DNA from: Candidatus Poribacteria bacterium
Lineage (GTDB): Bacteria; Poribacteria; WGA-4E; WGA-3G
Direction: 5' to 3'
NCBI GenBank assembly: GCA_965205025.1
Contig: CBDBFU010000012.1
Location: 288,001 to 352,000 of the forward strand
Length of the DNA: 64,000 bases
Shown here: in pieces, positions 9,407-18,506 of the stretch
How positions within the stretch are numbered: the first letter of the stretch is position 1
Layout of the letters: every line of letters starts with the position of its first letter
Program-made: the position numbers and the translations under genes
The notes under the pieces: model-generated
What the model was told of the DNA's origin: nothing
What the model saw: the letters and a program-made list of their open reading frames with translations, nothing else
Databases searched by the model: none

Positions 9407-10390
9407 GGGTGTGTAAAGTTTTTGTCACTAAACATTATGCTGCTATTGCATCTGGATACCCATAATTATCCCAAGTATCAATCTTTAGCATACATCTCAA
9501 CTCCAGTTATGTTAGATCTATGGATACTGTGTATTGTAAAAAGCTGTTAATTTTTGTCGTCTTGAATTGTTTACACATTCACGGAAACCTTCACGGAGCA
9601 ATTTTACGAAGCCTTATTCTATAAGGGTTTATAATTAAAGTAGACCAATTCTCCGTGAATCACACACGTTAATTACACTATAACTTAAGTGTGTATTAAG
9701 TACTTATATGTTTTTCATACGCAGTGTATTGGCACATAGCACTTCGCTGGAGTGCTAGACTATTCCGATATTGTTTTCTATAGACATAGTACTTCTCTGG
9801 AGTACGGTATTTTTGATATAGAAAACTCAATAATAAATAGACTTATCATTAGATACTCAGTTTCCTTCTGAATTAGAATTGTTAATCCTAATATACAGAC
9901 AAAAAATAAGGTGTAAAAACAGTCATTTAATCCTAAATCTCAGACAGTAGATCGTGTTGTTGTTGCATATCTCTATGTGTCGAAAAAATGAAAAAAGTTA
10001 CACTTTTTGTCACACGGTGTGACATTGAAATTGGTGTAAATTACCCCTGTCATCCCTGTCATAGACTGGCTTTACTCCACTTTGAATTAACTTTATAAGA
10101 ATTTCTAAAATGTGTGATTTTGTGTTCTTTTTGTCCTTTCTGATTTTGACATTCCCAACGGATAAAAAGGTATGCTTTTTTGACGTATATGAAACTTTGT
10201 AATTAGGATCGTTTTTATAGATAGTCATTAGTTCTTAGTTATTGATTATTAGTTTGTGTTCTAATCCCAAATTTTATTTTGATTTTGACAGATATTCTTA
10301 ATATATGTTTCTATTTTGTGATATATGTATGTTAGTTGTTATAGATGGGTATTTTCTTCATTTATTTTATAATTTTTATAAAAATGTTAG
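9407..10390 (+). repeat. Modular non-coding element, copy 1 (end motif, module A, REP doublet, module B)
   Basis: Starts GGGTGTGTAAAGTTTTTG like 38907 and 46534; 9577-9697 matches the reverse complement of 49731-49856; 9995-10027 matches 39058, 46736 and 49346-49376(-); 10271-10375 matches 39557-39660. Confidence 0.7.
9734..9805 (+). repeat. REP-like hairpin doublet (ACATA-stem-C(G/T)CT-stem family)
   Basis: ACATAGCACTTCGCTGGAGTGC and ACATAGTACTTCTCTGGAGTAC, 50 bp apart; same doublet at 46934-47004 and 50115-50185. Confidence 0.8.
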
Positions 10391-10394
10391 AATC

Positions 10395-10657
10395 CGTTTC
10401 ATTTACAGTCTGCTTTCAATCTTGTTAGCCAAAAGACACCAGTTTGTGTCAGTTTTTCAAACGCATCAAGTGAAAAATAGCCGAGATCAGCCAAGCGTAA
10501 ACTCCCCGCAGGGAGCGGTTCAAAATGTACTTCCGCTGAACGATCAGCGGTGATACCATCGGTCAGTTGAAAGTGTGTAAAAGCACCTGTAAGCACATCA
10601 AAACGGAGCTGCAGCTTGAGAGCAGCTTTTTTAGAGTTTGTTCTACATCCAGTACCT
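10395..10657 (-). pseudogene. IS4-family transposase internal fragment
   Basis: Translates to AALKLQLRFDVLTG...GSLRLADLGYFSL...FWLTRLK (DLGY motif); no start or C-terminus; IS4-like end CTTAAGTTTACACTTATAG at 10827-10845. Confidence 0.75.
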
Positions 10658-11169
10658 TAGTAGATTGTTGTATAACTTTATGCATTATATCGGACACTTG
10701 TGTTAGTATAGACATTGATATACCTCTTATAGAAATAAGTTATATGAAATAAAGTATTTCTATATTATGCAAGAGGTATATCTATTTTTGAACACTTTTT
10801 AGCACTCAAAATGACGGGTTTCAGTCCTTAAGTTTACACTTATAGGTTTCGCTACTGCTTCTACCCGACCTACGAAATAATGTAATATTATCATATAGAA
10901 ATGGTATAAGTACTAAGTGATAATTAAGTTGCATTAACTGTTGTTTTCTTCAATTATTCTTCTGCCAGATTCAAACAAACTCCTGGCAAGTAAGAATTCA
11001 TGAAGATTTATCTAAATAAAACTTGCATTTAGAATTAAAATAACGTATTCTTATACATAAATTTAGATTAAGCGATAATAGACAATAACTGTTGTTATCA
11101 AATGCTATATTATTTAACTATTACCAATCAGACGGATAAGGTCTTTAGTACCCGTAGTTTGCAGTAGTC

Positions 11170-12030
11170 ATGAGGGATTCTATGTCAACTTTTGGAACAA
11201 ACAATTACCAGTACGAAGTAATTGAAGGTTGGGGAATGATACCTCAGCTTGGACTCGTTTCTGGTGTGGCTTGCGACTCGAATGATCGAGTATATGTTTA
11301 CAATCGAAGTCCCGTTCCTGCTATGCTTGTTTTTGATCCTGATGGCACATTCGTTGCAGAATGGGGAAAGGATATATTCCAAAAACCACACGGCATCTGG
11401 ATTAGTCCAGATGATGAAATTTATACTACAGATACAATTGATCATACTGTCCGTAAGTTTTCACTTGATGGTGAATTGTTACAGACATTCGGCACTGTAA
11501 ATCAGCCTGGAACCCCAGGAACACCCTTTAACCAACCTACACGCGCAGTACTTTCTGCATCCGGTGAGATGTATATCTCAGATGGTTACGGACAATCGCG
11601 CGTACATCGAATGACAACAGAGGGTGATGTTATAGTATCTTGGGGAGCACCCGGAATTGGTCCGGGTGAATTTAACCTGCCACATGATGTCACTGTTGAT
11701 AAGAATGACCGTGTATATATACTTGACAGAGGGAATCTCCGATGTCAGATTTTTAATAATGAAGGTGAATTTCTTACTGAATGGACAAACCTCGGTTCAC
11801 CAAACGATTTATTTATTGATGCGGACGAAATTATACATATTGCAGAAGGACACCAGAGTATCTGTATTATGACACTTGACGGTGAGATAATTGGTAGATG
11901 GGGAGAAAAAGGGACGAATCCCGGTCAATTTAGTGATTCCCCACACGGAATATGGATAGATTCAAATGGAGACATCTATGTTAGTGAAGTAATTGCTGAA
12001 AGACGTTTCCAAAAGTTTGCGAGGATTTAA
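11170..12030 (+). CDS. NHL-repeat protein (peptidyl-alpha-hydroxyglycine alpha-amidating lyase family)
   Basis: PHGIWI, FNQPT, SDGYGQSRVH, GPGEFNLPHD, PGQFSDSPHGI NHL repeats. Confidence 0.85.
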   Translation: MRDSMSTFGTNNYQYEVIEGWGMIPQLGLVSGVACDSNDRVYVYNRSPVPAMLVFDPDGTFVAEWGKDIFQKPHGIWISPDDEIYTTDTIDHTVRKFSLDGELLQTFGTVNQPGTPGTPFNQPTRAVLSASGEMYISDGYGQSRVHRMTTEGDVIVSWGAPGIGPGEFNLPHDVTVDKNDRVYILDRGNLRCQIFNNEGEFLTEWTNLGSPNDLFIDADEIIHIAEGHQSICIMTLDGEIIGRWGEKGTNPGQFSDSPHGIWIDSNGDIYVSEVIAERRFQKFARI

Positions 12031-12035
12031 CTGTT

Positions 12036-12968
12036 TTGAAGAAATATACTGTTGCTATTTTCAGTCTTATTCTAATTACAATCTTAGCATGTACCATTGC
12101 CTATGCTGGACCAGATCACGAACATTCAGGGGATCATCTAAAGAAATTTTTCACACAGAACATCACGATACAATTCGCAATTGTAGCCTTAATTGTGTCT
12201 TTTGTGTTGGGAGGTCTACATGCTCTAACGCCAGGACACGGAAAGGCAGTTGTTGCAGCGTATCTTGTAGGGTCTAAAGGTAGAGTCATCGATGCCGTAT
12301 TTCTTGGTTTGGTTGTGACTTTCACACACACATTTAGTGTCATTGCTCTTGGTGTGGTTCTGTTGTTAGCAAAGAATCGTATACAGCATGAATCTGTTGT
12401 GATGTGGTTAAGTCTGGTTTCTGGTGTTCTTATAGTCGGTATTGGAGCATGGTTATTGGGAAGAAACATTAAGCAATACTCTGCAGGTAGACAGGGTCAT
12501 AGTCACGGACATGGACACGATCACAGTCATGGACACGATCACAGTCATGGACACGATCATAGTCATGGACATAGACATGATCACTCTCACGGACACGAAC
12601 ACAGCCACGGTGGGGGACTTTCGCATAGTCACGTACCACCTGACAGAACAGGTTTCTGGGGTATATTAACACTCGGTATCTCAGGAGGAATTGTACCATG
12701 TGTGGATGCTCTCCTGGGACTCTTGTTTGCAATCAGTTTAAACAAACTTACTTGGGGAGTGATAATCCTTTGTGCGTTCTCGTTAGGACTTGCTGCTGTG
12801 TTAGTGGCAATTGGTATTCTAATGGTATTGGCAAAACCAATGATTGAACGTTTTACAGGCGAAGGTATTTGGTTAAAACGAATGCCGATTATCAGTGCAA
12901 GTGTAGTGATTTTACTTGGGGCTGTTTTGGTCTTCAAAGCACTTACCGACGTTGGTGGTCATATTTAA
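12036..12968 (+). CDS. Nickel/cobalt transporter, RcnA/NiCoT-like, with His-rich loop
   Basis: HALTPGHGK signature, THT motif, GISGGIVPC, long GHDHSH loop. Confidence 0.9.
   Translation: MKKYTVAIFSLILITILACTIAYAGPDHEHSGDHLKKFFTQNITIQFAIVALIVSFVLGGLHALTPGHGKAVVAAYLVGSKGRVIDAVFLGLVVTFTHTFSVIALGVVLLLAKNRIQHESVVMWLSLVSGVLIVGIGAWLLGRNIKQYSAGRQGHSHGHGHDHSHGHDHSHGHDHSHGHRHDHSHGHEHSHGGGLSHSHVPPDRTGFWGILTLGISGGIVPCVDALLGLLFAISLNKLTWGVIILCAFSLGLAAVLVAIGILMVLAKPMIERFTGEGIWLKRMPIISASVVILLGAVLVFKALTDVGGHI
12495..12608 (+). repeat. 18-bp coding repeat encoding (GHDHSH)n
   Basis: GGACACGATCACAGTCAT repeated exactly twice plus degenerate copies. Confidence 0.85.
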
Positions 12969-13031
12969 ACCTAACAGGATCATATTTATTCCAGTATACC
13001 AATAGCATAATCAAATTGCTTGAATCCGATT

Positions 13032-13058
13032 ATCGGCGCGCTTCGTTTGCGTGCCGAT
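13032..13058 (+). terminator. Rho-independent terminator candidate after the Ni/Co transporter
   Basis: ATCGGCGCGC...GCGTGCCGAT stem followed by a T-rich tract. Confidence 0.6.
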
Positions 13059-13140
13059 TTTGGTTTTATGTATAGTGTACAATAAAATTAATACTACATT
13101 TTCTATTGGCTCAACTTACGTTCGCGTCCTACACCTCTTC

Positions 13141-13184
13141 TGTAGGAGCGACCTCCCCGTCGCGACCTGGAGGTCGCTCCTACA
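13141..13184. repeat. GTAG-type REP palindrome
   Basis: TGTAGGAGCGACCTCC-N12-GGAGGTCGCTCCTACA, perfect 16-bp inverted repeat with GTAG ends. Confidence 0.8.
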
Positions 13185-13263
13185 AGTAAAGTGTCAGATT
13201 AAATCTAAAGTTTATTAATATCCAATTCTTCAATGCGAATATAAATATAGAGGGAAATTCAAA

Positions 13264-14142
13264 GTGAATACCATAGGAATCTATAGTCCAGGTGATATGG
13301 GACATACAGTCGGTGAAGTATTATACAAGAATGGTCTACGTGTAATCACCTGTCTTGAAGGTAGAAGTAAACGCACACAGGAACTCTCTGAAAAAGCAGG
13401 TATCAAGGATGTAGAATCCTATACAAATTTTGTAAATGAATCAGATTTAATCTTATCAATAATGGTTCCTGCACACGCATCTCAAGCAGCTGGAAAAATA
13501 TCCGAAACATTATTACAGACGAAGACTACATTAACTTATGCTGATTGCAATGCAATTGCGCCACAGACTGTACAAAAAATTGGAGAGAAGATAGATTCCG
13601 CGGGTGGAACATTCATAGATGCTTCTATAATTGGTCCTCCACCACACACACCTGGTAGAACTCGGTTTTATGTTTCTGGTATAAACCTTGATTCATTTCT
13701 CATGTTGAATAATTACGGTTTAGATGTTCGACCCATTGGCGAGGATGTCGGTCTGGCATCGGCTATTAAAATGTGCTACGCTTCTTTGACAAAAGGGTTA
13801 ACCGCCCTTTGTACGGAATTACTCACTGCAGCGGAGAAACTTGGTGTTTCTGATGCACTTTCGGCTGAGTTTAAACTCAGTCAATCAGCACTCTATGAGA
13901 GAATGGAGAACGGTCTTCCAGGTATGCCACCAAAGGCAAGACGTTGGATCGGGGAGATGGAGGAGATTTCTGCTACATTTGAACATGTAGGACTAACACC
14001 CCATATATTAACGGGTGCAGCGGACATGTACCGATTGGTAAGTGAAACACCACTGGCTGATCTTTCACCAGAAGAACATGACAAGTTTCCTTCATTAACA
14101 GAATTGGTGAATATCCTTGCGAAACAGACAGAAAGTAATTAG
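13264..14142 (+). CDS. NAD(P)-dependent oxidoreductase, 6-phosphogluconate dehydrogenase-like (DUF1932 C-terminus)
   Basis: SPGDMG Rossmann motif, DASIIGPPP, ASAIKMCYASLTKG, KARRWIGEMEEI. Confidence 0.85.
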   Translation: MNTIGIYSPGDMGHTVGEVLYKNGLRVITCLEGRSKRTQELSEKAGIKDVESYTNFVNESDLILSIMVPAHASQAAGKISETLLQTKTTLTYADCNAIAPQTVQKIGEKIDSAGGTFIDASIIGPPPHTPGRTRFYVSGINLDSFLMLNNYGLDVRPIGEDVGLASAIKMCYASLTKGLTALCTELLTAAEKLGVSDALSAEFKLSQSALYERMENGLPGMPPKARRWIGEMEEISATFEHVGLTPHILTGAADMYRLVSETPLADLSPEEHDKFPSLTELVNILAKQTESN

Positions 14143-14202
14143 ATTTATCTGTTGTAGATAAGAATTTATTGTTTTTAGTAAAATAAAAATAGAAAAATCA
14201 AT

Positions 14203-15015
14203 TCACTTTTCCTCTTGTTCCCCTTCCGGTTCTTTAATCTCAAAGGGTTCTACAATCCACTGCCTAAAAGAAACATCATCCTCAAAAAAGGAACGCATTA
14301 AAGCAAATTCATCTGGTGTTGCAATTGCACTATACAAGATCCCTTCTTGTTCACCATAAGTTCTAATTCGAGATTGCCATGCTTGATGGAAAAGTTCCGA
14401 ATCATCAATCATCATTGCTGAAATCATTCCCATTTGAACTGTTTTTACTGAGAACCCTGTTTTAGTCTGTTTCATCAAAGGATCTACTAACTCTTTCGTA
14501 AGTAAATCCTGGAATTCCTTACGATTATTTAATTGACTCTTTCCTTCTTTGCTCCAGTCTCGAATGGTGTAATAGAAATCTACCCATATATTTTCTTCCT
14601 CTTCTCTAATTTCGGTATCCAAAACCTTAATAAGTCTCTCGAGTAAAATCTTTCTATGGTTTGTATCTGGCATGGAATTAATATAAGAAATATAATCTGT
14701 ATGTTCAGAGTTATACTTATTGTTAATATAGGTGAGGTATTTTTCTGAGGATAATATTACATCTAAACTATTTGATTCTTGAGTAGATGGGTTTTCACCT
14801 ATAGTGGTAAGGAGGTGCGAAAGTACACTCTCCTGTTCTTCTGTCAACGGCTGGAGTGCATATTGTCTGAGTTCCCGTCTGTATTCGGCTTGTTTATCTA
14901 TGATTTCTCCCATTTCAGCATACATTTTCTTAAACATTGGGACAAAGACAACTATTCCGCCAACCAACAGCAGTACACCTAACCCCAATAGTAGGAAAAA
15001 AATTGGTTTTTTCAT
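14203..15015 (-). CDS. Hypothetical protein with N-terminal membrane anchor
   Basis: 270-aa ORF, GGAG RBS, one hydrophobic N-terminal helix. Confidence 0.7.
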   Translation of the reverse strand: MKKPIFFLLLGLGVLLLVGGIVVFVPMFKKMYAEMGEIIDKQAEYRRELRQYALQPLTEEQESVLSHLLTTIGENPSTQESNSLDVILSSEKYLTYINNKYNSEHTDYISYINSMPDTNHRKILLERLIKVLDTEIREEEENIWVDFYYTIRDWSKEGKSQLNNRKEFQDLLTKELVDPLMKQTKTGFSVKTVQMGMISAMMIDDSELFHQAWQSRIRTYGEQEGILYSAIATPDEFALMRSFFEDDVSFRQWIVEPFEIKEPEGEQEEK

Positions 15016-15094
15016 TTTATCACTCCGTTTTTTCTTACTATATTACCACTGTTTATAAGGTGATGCAATACATTATAAGTAATCACCATCGCTA

Positions 15095-16009
15095 TTACTG
15101 AGACTTGAAGAACTCTTTGCCTTGTAAAACTCTAAAGATCTCTTTTTGTATTTGTTGTTGATGATGTAATGGTAAACCGTTTGCTGAAGGAGCGATACCA
15201 ATCGGTTTGAAAATATATATACTTTTAACCTTATTCTCTTCATCATATGTTAGCTCAATACCTTTTCTCCAATACCAATGTCTTTTATGACCAAAGTCAT
15301 TTTTATCAATTTTTTGTGCTTTGCCAAGTTCCTTTTCCACATTTTCAAGTTTACTCTTAATTCCATTCTTTCCAGCAGTTTTTGCCTTATTAGGATGTGT
15401 TAGGATTAAACTCTTTACAAGATCTATCCCATCAAGAAATCCAGCTAATCCAATGTTTTGCTCTCTATAACTGAAAAAGCCAGCTCTGTTAGGTGGATCA
15501 TCGGGTTTTCCATAAACAGCAGCTAATTTCTTATACGGATCACCCAATTTAATACCAGCACACCCTCTTCCAGGAACAATTGAGTCTAAAGGGGGATCCG
15601 GTGTAGGATCAAAGGTGACCTCCAAGGGTTGTTGAGGGATTAATTCCTTATTTATCAGTTTTTTTACTCTTTTAACGGATCTATTTATACCATCACTGAC
15701 AAAAACTGTTACATTAACGGATTCTATATCAGAAGGGGCTGTCCATTTCACCTTCGTACCTGTTGTAGTATTCAATTTACCCGCATCTACAGACCATTCA
15801 TAACTTAAGGGGTCACCATCTTCGTCAAAGGCAAGGATCCTAAACTCAATAATTTCTCTAGGACTGAATTCTTTTGGAATAATTAAAGCTTCAACTTTCG
15901 GTAAACTATTAGTAGGTTCTTCAGTATCATCAGAGCCACAACCCCATATATTGATTGCGTATACCACCACCGTTATATAGTACAGAATTTTTAAATTCTT
16001 GATAGGCAT
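15095..16009 (-). CDS. Putative lipoprotein with Ig/PKD-like domain
   Basis: Lipobox-like IWGC; D.DGD.LSYEW...WTAP...V.VSDG Ig-like motif; duplicated C-terminal G(I/V)KLG-type domain. Confidence 0.7.
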   Translation of the reverse strand: MPIKNLKILYYITVVVYAINIWGCGSDDTEEPTNSLPKVEALIIPKEFSPREIIEFRILAFDEDGDPLSYEWSVDAGKLNTTTGTKVKWTAPSDIESVNVTVFVSDGINRSVKRVKKLINKELIPQQPLEVTFDPTPDPPLDSIVPGRGCAGIKLGDPYKKLAAVYGKPDDPPNRAGFFSYREQNIGLAGFLDGIDLVKSLILTHPNKAKTAGKNGIKSKLENVEKELGKAQKIDKNDFGHKRHWYWRKGIELTYDEENKVKSIYIFKPIGIAPSANGLPLHHQQQIQKEIFRVLQGKEFFKSQ

Positions 16010-16039
16010 AGTATAAATTTCTCCAGTTTTTCCAGTTTG

Positions 16040-16345
16040 TTTTTAAGATAACACAACTCTTATACTGCTCTGGATGGATATCTCCATTTTCCATCGCATC
16101 TTGTATAGCACAATTAGGTTCTTTATATGTGCATAGTCTTTATATTTACATGAACCAATTAACGGTTCAATTTCAAGTAAATAGTATTCAAGATTCTCTG
16201 TATACACTCACCATAGACAAACTTTTCTGATTCCAGGTGTGTCAACTACGTTTCATTCAATCTCAAGTGGGACAATATAAAAGCGTAGTTGTATGTTTCA
16301 CTTCTATGTCTTTTCTCCAACTTCTCCAGTCCGTAAGTCAAGTTT
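16040..16345 (-). pseudogene. rsgA: Decayed 3' half of a ribosome small subunit-dependent GTPase (RsgA) gene
   Basis: Broken frames give LRTGEVGEK..HTTT, VDTPGIRK and CKYKDYAHIK.PNCAIQDAMENGDIHPEQYKS, matching RsgA G2/G3 motifs and the Zn-finger region; several stops and indels. Confidence 0.7.
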
Positions 16346-16362
16346 TAATTGACTTACTCTGG

Positions 16363-18183
16363 TTATTCAGTTGAAAACATCATACCTAAGAACTGAAAAA
16401 GTGATTTGAAATCACCAAGGGAAATCATGAGTTTGGTATTTATACCTTCCGCTTCAGCCTTCGCAGAGAATCCAACACTATAATTATTTGGAAGCGTTTC
16501 GAACATAACTGAAAAAGCAGCCATCGAATCAGCCCCAGGCATATCCTCCATTTTTGCCAATAACGGCATTATATTCTTAACCGCGATAATTGGAGAAAAG
16601 AATAAAAGAATGTTATTGTCTGTACCCAAATTATCAATAAGTTTCTGCTTACTCTCACTTACTGATCTGTCTATGTCTGTCATTGCATTCCTATCCAATG
16701 CTAATTTAAGCATCTTTGGTTTACTTGCCATAGAAAAATACAATTTTTCATTTTTGAGCGCGTAATACCAATTCCATTCAAGTGGTAATGCCTTAGCTTG
16801 GTTTGGCTCTTTTTGTGCAAGTGCAGGAATTAAATTTGGAAAAACATAGCTATGTATATCTACTCCGTGGTGAATGATGGGTTCACCTTTTTGTGAACCA
16901 TAAACATCAGAGACGGCTTCATTAAAATCCACATTCATAAATGTCTTTGCCTTAGCCGGATCCTTCAGATCATATATGAAAAGGTAATCTGGTAAAAGGG
17001 ATTCTTCAAAGTTAACAGAACCTTGAACACTATCCACCATAGATCTATGGAAATGTTGTAGTTGCTGCTGAAGATGTCCTAATTTATCAATGTGTTCTGG
17101 AGTATCTTTTGGGAAATTATATAATAGTAAATTACTCATCTTACCAATTAATTCTGGACTACCCTGAATTGAACCCTTAAGAATTGATATATCAGGTAAT
17201 TGAGAATAACCTGGTTCTTCCATCATAATAATCCCATCAGTTTCAAGAAATTCACTTACATTTTCTAACTTTATAAAATGTTTAAGAAGAATATCGGTTT
17301 TCTCAAACTGTATAGATCCACTAATAGATTGAAACTGTTCGTTTAAGTATATTCCCACACTACGAAATAATGATTCATAGATCCGATCGAATACTTGATC
17401 ATTCTGTCCATCAAGAGTATCTCTAAATGACTCTAAATCATCCATCAGAGACCTACTATGTGATGCTTTAATACCTTTAGAATCATAAAAATAACTTATA
17501 TCATTAGTTTGGCTTAGAATGTCTGAAACAAATGTCTCATAATCTTGATTAGGTTTCTTAGGCTCTATAGTACCACTACTTATATCTATCATGTTTATAC
17601 AGACATCAATTTGTTGAGAGAAAAGAAAGAAGTCATCCAAGATAGCGATATTCTTCATCCCATCGGTAGTACTCCAATATGTAGCTCCTTTATAGGTATT
17701 GGAAGAAAGCCCCTCAGCTTCTGATATTATTAACTCTTTCATTATTTCAGGATCTTTCAAATGAAGTACTGCAGATATATGTACAGGATTCAAACTTGTA
17801 AAAAATACTGCTAAATCATTATCAAAATCAAGACCCAATTCTTCTAATGCATCCAACCTTTCAAAATCCAGACCAATAGCATAAGCAAGGATTTTTGCCA
17901 GAATTTCCGTTTCGCTTTCTTCCTGGGACATTAATTCTATTTCCATAATATTAAGCTTGTTACTTAACATCTTCAGACTTGGACTATATACAAGTGCTAA
18001 TGTGTAATTCGGTATGAGTTGTAGCACACTTGTGTTGGGAATACTAATAGACTTCGTCTCATTTGTTCTATTCAAAATATCTGCTTTTGAAATATCGTTA
18101 TCTGCTTTTAATACTGTAGGCAGAAACAAAGATAATACGATTAAAATAAGAAAGGGAATTGCTAACTGTCTAAATATCATCAT
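16363..18183 (-). CDS. Secreted hypothetical protein
   Basis: 606-aa ORF with signal peptide; LGLDFDNDLAV and YKGATYW motifs resemble DUF3352-like exported proteins (weak). Confidence 0.7.
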   Translation of the reverse strand: MMIFRQLAIPFLILIVLSLFLPTVLKADNDISKADILNRTNETKSISIPNTSVLQLIPNYTLALVYSPSLKMLSNKLNIMEIELMSQEESETEILAKILAYAIGLDFERLDALEELGLDFDNDLAVFFTSLNPVHISAVLHLKDPEIMKELIISEAEGLSSNTYKGATYWSTTDGMKNIAILDDFFLFSQQIDVCINMIDISSGTIEPKKPNQDYETFVSDILSQTNDISYFYDSKGIKASHSRSLMDDLESFRDTLDGQNDQVFDRIYESLFRSVGIYLNEQFQSISGSIQFEKTDILLKHFIKLENVSEFLETDGIIMMEEPGYSQLPDISILKGSIQGSPELIGKMSNLLLYNFPKDTPEHIDKLGHLQQQLQHFHRSMVDSVQGSVNFEESLLPDYLFIYDLKDPAKAKTFMNVDFNEAVSDVYGSQKGEPIIHHGVDIHSYVFPNLIPALAQKEPNQAKALPLEWNWYYALKNEKLYFSMASKPKMLKLALDRNAMTDIDRSVSESKQKLIDNLGTDNNILLFFSPIIAVKNIMPLLAKMEDMPGADSMAAFSVMFETLPNNYSVGFSAKAEAEGINTKLMISLGDFKSLFQFLGMMFSTE

Positions 18184-18473
18184 TTTTCTCCTGTTAAATA
18201 TGGTTTTTTATTATATTTTTGGTTTATGTTCGTGTGTATGAAATCTATATAAACGGGAATAACAAAGTCGATAACAAAATCTATAATACTGTGTGATTCT
18301 TCAGATAAGTCTTTTCCCACTTTCGGATTATTCTGAGTCAAATCTACATGACTCTTTTCAAATTCCTGATTTATAATTCTGTCTAATCTGTTATTTGAGG
18401 TATACATAGTAGACAACCCTATAATTGTCATGATACTAATGCAAAATACACATAAAGTTACACGATTTCTCAT
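18180..18473 (-). CDS. Small hypothetical membrane/secreted protein
   Basis: GAGG RBS, N-terminal hydrophobic helix, 4-bp overlap with the next gene. Confidence 0.5.
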   Translation of the reverse strand: MRNRVTLCVFCISIMTIIGLSTMYTSNNRLDRIINQEFEKSHVDLTQNNPKVGKDLSEESHSIIDFVIDFVIPVYIDFIHTNINQKYNKKPYLTGEK

Positions 18474-18506
18474 TAATCTATCCTCAATGTATTTGAATAT
18501 TTTACT

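Noticed and set aside
9734-9805. Hairpin doublets with 49-50 bp period as CRISPR repeats
   Set aside because: Never more than two in tandem, units differ by compensatory changes, and they are dispersed across the window
10573-10584. GTGTGTAAAAGC as another end of the non-coding element
   Set aside because: It lies within the IS4 transposase fragment and lacks flanking similarity; probably chance
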